Source: a bacterium
GTDB lineage: Bacteria; Zhuqueibacterota; Zhuqueibacteria; Zhuqueibacterales; Zhuqueibacteraceae
Direction of reading: 5' to 3'
Assembly (NCBI GenBank): GCA_044869275.1
Contig: JBIOXB010000250.1
Coordinates: forward strand, 1 to 43,771
DNA: 43,771 bases
Shown: piece by piece, positions 40,301 through 43,771 of the stretch
Numbering within the stretch: the stretch's first letter is position 1
Layout of the letters: each line of letters opens with the position of its first letter
Program-made: the position numbers and the translations under genes
Notes under the pieces: model-generated
Databases searched by the model: none
What the model saw: the letters and a program-made list of their open reading frames with translations, nothing else
What the model was told of the DNA's origin: nothing

Positions 40301-43300
40301 GGTAACCGGTGATCAGATTAGACATCGGCGAGACTTTTTGCACGCCACCGGAGGTGGTTCCCAAGCGTATATTGTAGGTCAAACCATTTTGCGGCGTTTG
40401 GCTATCAATTGACTTGCCCCAACTCAAGGTGACTGAATTTCCGCCAACTGATGCTGCAATGTTGGTTGGTGAGGTAGGACTTTGGTTGGTCGTTCCAATA
40501 TTGTTTCGATAGATTTTAGTAGTTCGGCTTAGATTCAAACTACCTGATAATAAGATATCCAAATCCCCATCCTTGTCGTAGTCACCCCAAACGGCAGAGC
40601 CATTTTGGATCGCAGCAAGCGAGCCGAAGATCTCGATAAAACTTCCTCCATTATTGCGATAGACTTTCGAGATATCGCCCGATCCGGAGATGCCCGCTAA
40701 CAAAATATCCAAATCTCCATCGTTGTCATAATCGCCCCAAGCGACAGAGCCATTGCTCACCGGTGCCAGCGCAGCGCCGATATCCACAAAATTATCGCGA
40801 TCATTTCGAAAGATTTTGGAAACCGGGTCACCAAATGCCGATCGACCCGTCAACAAAATATCCAAATCCCCATCGTTATCATAGTCGCCCCAAACGATGG
40901 AGGCTTCATCTACGGGCGTCAGCGCAGCACCAATGTCCACAAAGTTTCCGCCATCATTCCGGTAGAGGTTGGAAACCCGGCCAGAACCTGAATCACCTGC
41001 CAACACAATATCCAAATCCCCATCATTGTCATAGTCGCCCCAGGCGACGGAGGCATCATCAACTCCGGTTATTGGCGCCGAAATATCCGCAAAACTGCCG
41101 GCCTCATTTTGATAGATTTTGGAGATATTGGAGCCCATATTCCCCGACAACAAAATATCCAAATCCCCGTCATTGTCATAGTCGCCCCAAGCCACTGCGC
41201 TAAAAGAGACTCCCGTTAGCGCAGCGACGATATCCACAAAGTTCCCTTCATCATTTCGATAGATTTTTGAGACAAGTCCTGCATCAGAATTGCCCGTCAA
41301 CAAAATATCCAAATCGCCATCATTGTCATAGTCACCCCAAGCCACGGCACCGAGATTTACTCCTACTAGAGCGGCAGCGATATCAACGAAGTTGCCGCCA
41401 GTGTTCCGATAAACTTTTGAAACACGACCTGAGCTTGACAAACCGGTTATCAGGATATCTAAGTCGTCATCATTGTCATAATCACCCCATGCGGCTGTAC
41501 TGCCATTGACTTGAGCGAGTGGAGTAGCGATTTCAGTGAAAGAAGACACAACGGTGACAGAAAAAAAACTCTGTGCCGTTCCACCTCTGCCATCACTGGC
41601 CGTCACCGTGACCGTAGCGGTGCCGATACCCACGGGCGCGACGACGAGTGAGCTGCCTGAAATGCTTGCGGTCGCAATATTGATTGCACTTGAGTTTGCA
41701 GTATAGCTTAGGGCATCACCGTCCGGGTCCATAAAGACGGTAGGTGGGGTGTTGACGTTGCGCATAAATGAAGCACCAGTAGTCAGGATTTGGTTCGGGA
41801 TGGGATTAACTTCAACTGGTGCGCGATTTTGTGGTGCTGCAGCTATATTCCGGTAAAAGTAAATGCCGCCTACACTATTCCCCACAAACATGTCAAGATC
41901 GTCATCATTGTCGATGTCGGCAAAACTGGGAGTGCTATTATTTCCAACGTCAGCAGAAGCAAGGCTGTCTGTTACAAGAGAAAACGACGGAGTGGTGGTG
42001 GTGCCAGTATTGCGGTGAAAGTTGATGTTGCCATCGCGTTCTCCCACGAGCAGGTCAAAGTCGCCGTCATTGTCAATGTCGGCCAAGCTGGGAGCACTCT
42101 CGGATCCAACATCAATAAAAGCAAAACTTTCTGTTACAAGCGTAAATGCCGAATTGATGATGGTGCCGGTATTGCGGTAAAAGTTGAGGTTGCCAGAAAA
42201 CTCCCCCGCAAACAGGTCAAAATCACCATCGCCGTCAATGTCGGCGAAGTTGGGAGTACTCTGAGATCCAACCGCAATAGAATCAAAATTTGCTGTTTCC
42301 AGTGTAAGAGTAGGATTGGCGGGAGTGCCGGTATTACGGTAAAAGTTGATATTGCCTCCAAAACCATACTCCCCCACAAATAGATCTGCATCCCCATCAT
42401 TGTCAATGTCAGCAAAGACGGGGGCACTCAGAATTCCGACGGAGATAGCAGCAAAGCTATTCGTTACAAAGGAAAATTCCGGGCTGGTGGCCGTACCAGT
42501 ATTTCTAAAATAGCTAATGGTCCCACGGGCTTCTCCAGCAAAGAGGTCAAAATCGCCATCATTGTCAATGTCGGTAAAAGTGGGGATACTATTAAAACCA
42601 ACATCAAGAATATGAGTAAGATTTCCAGTTACAAAGGTAAATGCAAAATTGGCGGCTGTACCGGTGTTGCGATAAAAATTGAGATTACCATCATCCTCTC
42701 CTATGAACATGTCAAAATCGCCATCATTGTCAATGTCGGCAAAGGCAGGAGTACTTTTGTCCCCAACATTAATAGAAGAAAAACCTGTTGTTAAAAGGTT
42801 AAACGCAGGACTGGTGGCGTTGCCGATATTAGGATAAAAGTAAATGCTCCCATAGCCTAGTCCACCCACTCCCGAAAACAGATCAAAATCGCGATCCCCG
42901 TCAATGTCGGCAAAGGCAGGGGCACTTAGACGACCGACAGCAGACACAAAGTTTTCTGTCACAAAGCTAAATGCTGGGTTGGTAGCGCTGCCGGTATTGC
43001 GGTAAAAATTGATGTTGCCACTGCCTTCTCCCACCAACAGGTCAAAATCGCCATCATTGTCAATGTCAGCCAAGGTAGGAGCACTATCATCTCCAACATC
43101 AATGGAAGAAAAATTTGCTGTTACTAGAGTAAATGTCGGATTGATGGCAGTGCCGGTATTGCGGTAAAAGTTGATGTTGCCATCAAGCTCGCCCACTAAC
43201 AAGTCAAAATCGGCATCATTATCAATGTCAGTAAAGCAGGGGGCACTGAAAGCTCCTACATCAACAGAAGCAAAACTCTCCGTTATTAGAGTAAACGCTG

Positions 43301-43574
43301 GGTTGGCTGCAGTTCCCGTGTTGCGGTAAAAGAAGATTTTGCCACTCGCCTCTCCCACAAACAAGTCGAGATCGCTATCACTGTCAATGTCAATGAGGGC
43401 CGGTTTGGACGAGCTAAATCCACCCACAAAAGGGTTGGCAACAGGTACGCCATCGATGAGAACTGGGATGGAGTCAACTTCGCGACGGAACATAGGCTCC
43501 TGTGACAATAGCGTGGTAGCATTAACTAGAAGAGCCAAGGTAGCGCTTGATAAGATGGATGCTGGCTTATTCAT
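37320..43574 (-). CDS. giant secreted modular protein: 10 FG-GAP (DIDxDxDxD) repeats, Ig-like, 7 FG-GAP (WGDYD) repeats, FN3, Ig-like and choice-of-anchor-D/ASH-like domains, shared C-terminal module + sorting domain
   Basis: Signal peptide MNKPASILSSATLALLV (alternative starts 43586/43589). Repeats were counted in the translation. Motifs: ISNTG...F.P...G...ATL...SNDPDE and QNFPNPFNPET...SGIYFYRL. Confidence 0.92.
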   Translation of the reverse strand: MNKPASILSSATLALLVNATTLLSQEPMFRREVDSIPVLIDGVPVANPFVGGFSSSKPALIDIDSDSDLDLFVGEASGKIFFYRNTGTAANPAFTLITESFASVDVGAFSAPCFTDIDNDADFDLLVGELDGNINFYRNTGTAINPTFTLVTANFSSIDVGDDSAPTLADIDNDGDFDLLVGEGSGNINFYRNTGSATNPAFSFVTENFVSAVGRLSAPAFADIDGDRDFDLFSGVGGLGYGSIYFYPNIGNATSPAFNLLTTGFSSINVGDKSTPAFADIDNDGDFDMFIGEDDGNLNFYRNTGTAANFAFTFVTGNLTHILDVGFNSIPTFTDIDNDGDFDLFAGEARGTISYFRNTGTATSPEFSFVTNSFAAISVGILSAPVFADIDNDGDADLFVGEYGFGGNINFYRNTGTPANPTLTLETANFDSIAVGSQSTPNFADIDGDGDFDLFAGEFSGNLNFYRNTGTIINSAFTLVTESFAFIDVGSESAPSLADIDNDGDFDLLVGERDGNINFHRNTGTTTTPSFSLVTDSLASADVGNNSTPSFADIDNDDDLDMFVGNSVGGIYFYRNIAAAPQNRAPVEVNPIPNQILTTGASFMRNVNTPPTVFMDPDGDALSYTANSSAINIATASISGSSLVVAPVGIGTATVTVTASDGRGGTAQSFFSVTVVSSFTEIATPLAQVNGSTAAWGDYDNDDDLDILITGLSSSGRVSKVYRNTGGNFVDIAAALVGVNLGAVAWGDYDNDGDLDILLTGNSDAGLVSKIYRNDEGNFVDIVAALTGVSFSAVAWGDYDNDGDLDILLSGNMGSNISKIYQNEAGSFADISAPITGVDDASVAWGDYDNDGDLDIVLAGDSGSGRVSNLYRNDGGNFVDIGAALTPVDEASIVWGDYDNDGDLDILLTGRSAFGDPVSKIFRNDRDNFVDIGAALAPVSNGSVAWGDYDNDGDLDILLAGISGSGDISKVYRNNGGSFIEIFGSLAAIQNGSAVWGDYDKDGDLDILLSGSLNLSRTTKIYRNNIGTTNQSPTSPTNIAASVGGNSVTLSWGKSIDSQTPQNGLTYNIRLGTTSGGVQKVSPMSNLITGYRGLAMLGNTNHQNSWMIKNLTDGTYFWSVQAIDNAFAGSVFAAEQSFTIGTVANQPPVVTHTIPNQTLTVGGLPFIRDLNAAPAVFNDPDGDVLTYAANSGAVNVATATISGSMLTIAPIAAGSTTIVATANDGRGGTAADTLNVTVTQLRVPNIAVDPPSHDYGSVPVGSNADKTFIISNTGDTTLVVNSTSFIGTHANQFTIMSGGGAFNLAPNASRNLVARFAPNAMGVKNATLRLASNDPDENPFDVALTGSAGNNPPIVQNSLPDTILTLGRPAFSRDLNAMPAVFRDPDGDPLTFTVRSILAAIATANLAGNRLTVTPVAAGTTTIIVTANDGINLPPVADTFLVTINRPPIAASTIAGQTLAAGGSPFVRDLNASPAVFNDPDGDSLRYTVSSRATNTVTTNLAASLLTVAPLAAGSDSVTITADDGKGGTVATNFEVLVNPNQPPVVTHTPIAPQPEGQAITIEASITDDGGAADARLHYRRGGDAGFSMVAMTLTSGSSYQGAIPGSAVTSRGVEYFIAASDSDNAQTRQPQTGGVFAIAVQVNNVANPSAQPGGNAQSAYRLLSVPLQLNNASVQAVLEDDLNQYDNSAWRLFGLVIGQPLTNKSPYVEISQTGFFTSGKSFFLIVRESSKTVDAGPGQTLKTNQAFKIPLESGHNFIANPFNFTIPVGKLRLKSGSPVTLLGYNGSFLRTETLAPWEGYYLANNRTETDTLVVDPDLSSGMALPLASSEEASMWRLQIRANCGQAHDLENFAGVAVTGVDGWDENDLAEPPPIGEYVSVYFPHAEWQKPLERYREDVRSPANSNQRWDFVVESIVHGEMVKLQFDGPREIDDALTVFLVDEEMKYKQNLRERVVYEYQSRGLDKPKRLSLVVGKEEYVSEETANTAGVPNDFVLEQNFPNPFNPETAIRFGLPQQSVVTLKIYDLAGHEVATLLDRIELPAGRHQRIWDGRDAQRRTVVSGIYFYRLVAGSFSKAMKLTVVR

Positions 43575-43646
43575 AGTAGTGTACATCAATAACTAAACGT
43601 GAAATCAGCTTGACGGTGTTTCATCAAAATATTTCATTTCGATTCC

Positions 43647-43771
43647 TGTAGTGCACCCCATTTTTTGGACACAAAAAAGCCGGTTCTTAATGAACTTTGA
43701 CTTCCGATTTGTTTTTTTGGTTCCAAACGGTTTCAAATTCGATCGGCGTCAAATAACCTAGAGCCGAATGA
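43647..43771 (-). mobile_element. right end of an IS3-family insertion sequence (partial, runs off right edge)
   Basis: Terminal IR-like TGTAGTGCACCCCATTTTTTGGACA at 43647-43671 (IS150-like, from memory), next to a transposase C-terminus. Confidence 0.8.
43687..43770 (-). CDS. IS3-family transposase (OrfB) C-terminus, partial
   Basis: Manual translation HSALGYLTPIEFETVWNQKNKSEVKVH*. HSxLGYxTPxxFE is the IS3 integrase-core C-terminal motif. Confidence 0.85.
   Translation of the reverse strand, partial: HSALGYLTPIEFETVWNQKNKSEVKVH

Noticed and set aside
12866..43574. Diversity-generating retroelement or invertase shufflon driving head variation
   Set aside because: I saw no reverse transcriptase, no adenine-specific TR/VR pair, no recombinase and no inverted cassettes. 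All genes are complete and co-oriented.
12866..43574. Polymorphic toxin locus
   Set aside because: The variable parts are N-terminal binding or stalk domains. There are no recognisable toxin tips or small immunity genes between the giants.

Overview
This window is from a bacterium of about 50-55% GC. The many C-terminal 'QNFPNPFNP...WDGRD...SGxYFY' FlgD-Ig/T9SS-type sorting domains suggest an FCB-group lineage such as KSB1 or Calditrichota (inference). The left third (1-12.7 kb) is a decaying accessory patchwork. It holds a partial MDR oxidoreductase, a small conserved protein, a secreted BNR/Asp-box protein, an aldo/keto reductase and a DUF4153-like membrane protein. It also holds several broken genes (cinnamyl-type ADH, two PQQ-like propellers, a DUF4153 5' duplicate, an IS1634 scrap), REP/MITE-like repeats, an unexplained 8 x 42-bp palindromic array, and a TIR/NDT-like possible defence gene. 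The right 31 kb (12866-43574, all minus strand) is a tandem locus of six secreted proteins. Five of them (about 910-2260 aa) share an approximately 540-aa C-terminal module ending in the sorting domain. Their N-terminal heads and stalks are shuffled (FG-GAP propellers, beta-helices, PPC, IPT/TIG, FN3-like, Ig-like). The sixth is a fibre-like protein with no sorting domain. The right end of an IS3-family element lies just upstream of the locus. No rRNA, tRNA, CRISPR-cas or reverse transcriptase was seen. All family calls come from motif recognition by eye; no database search was run.
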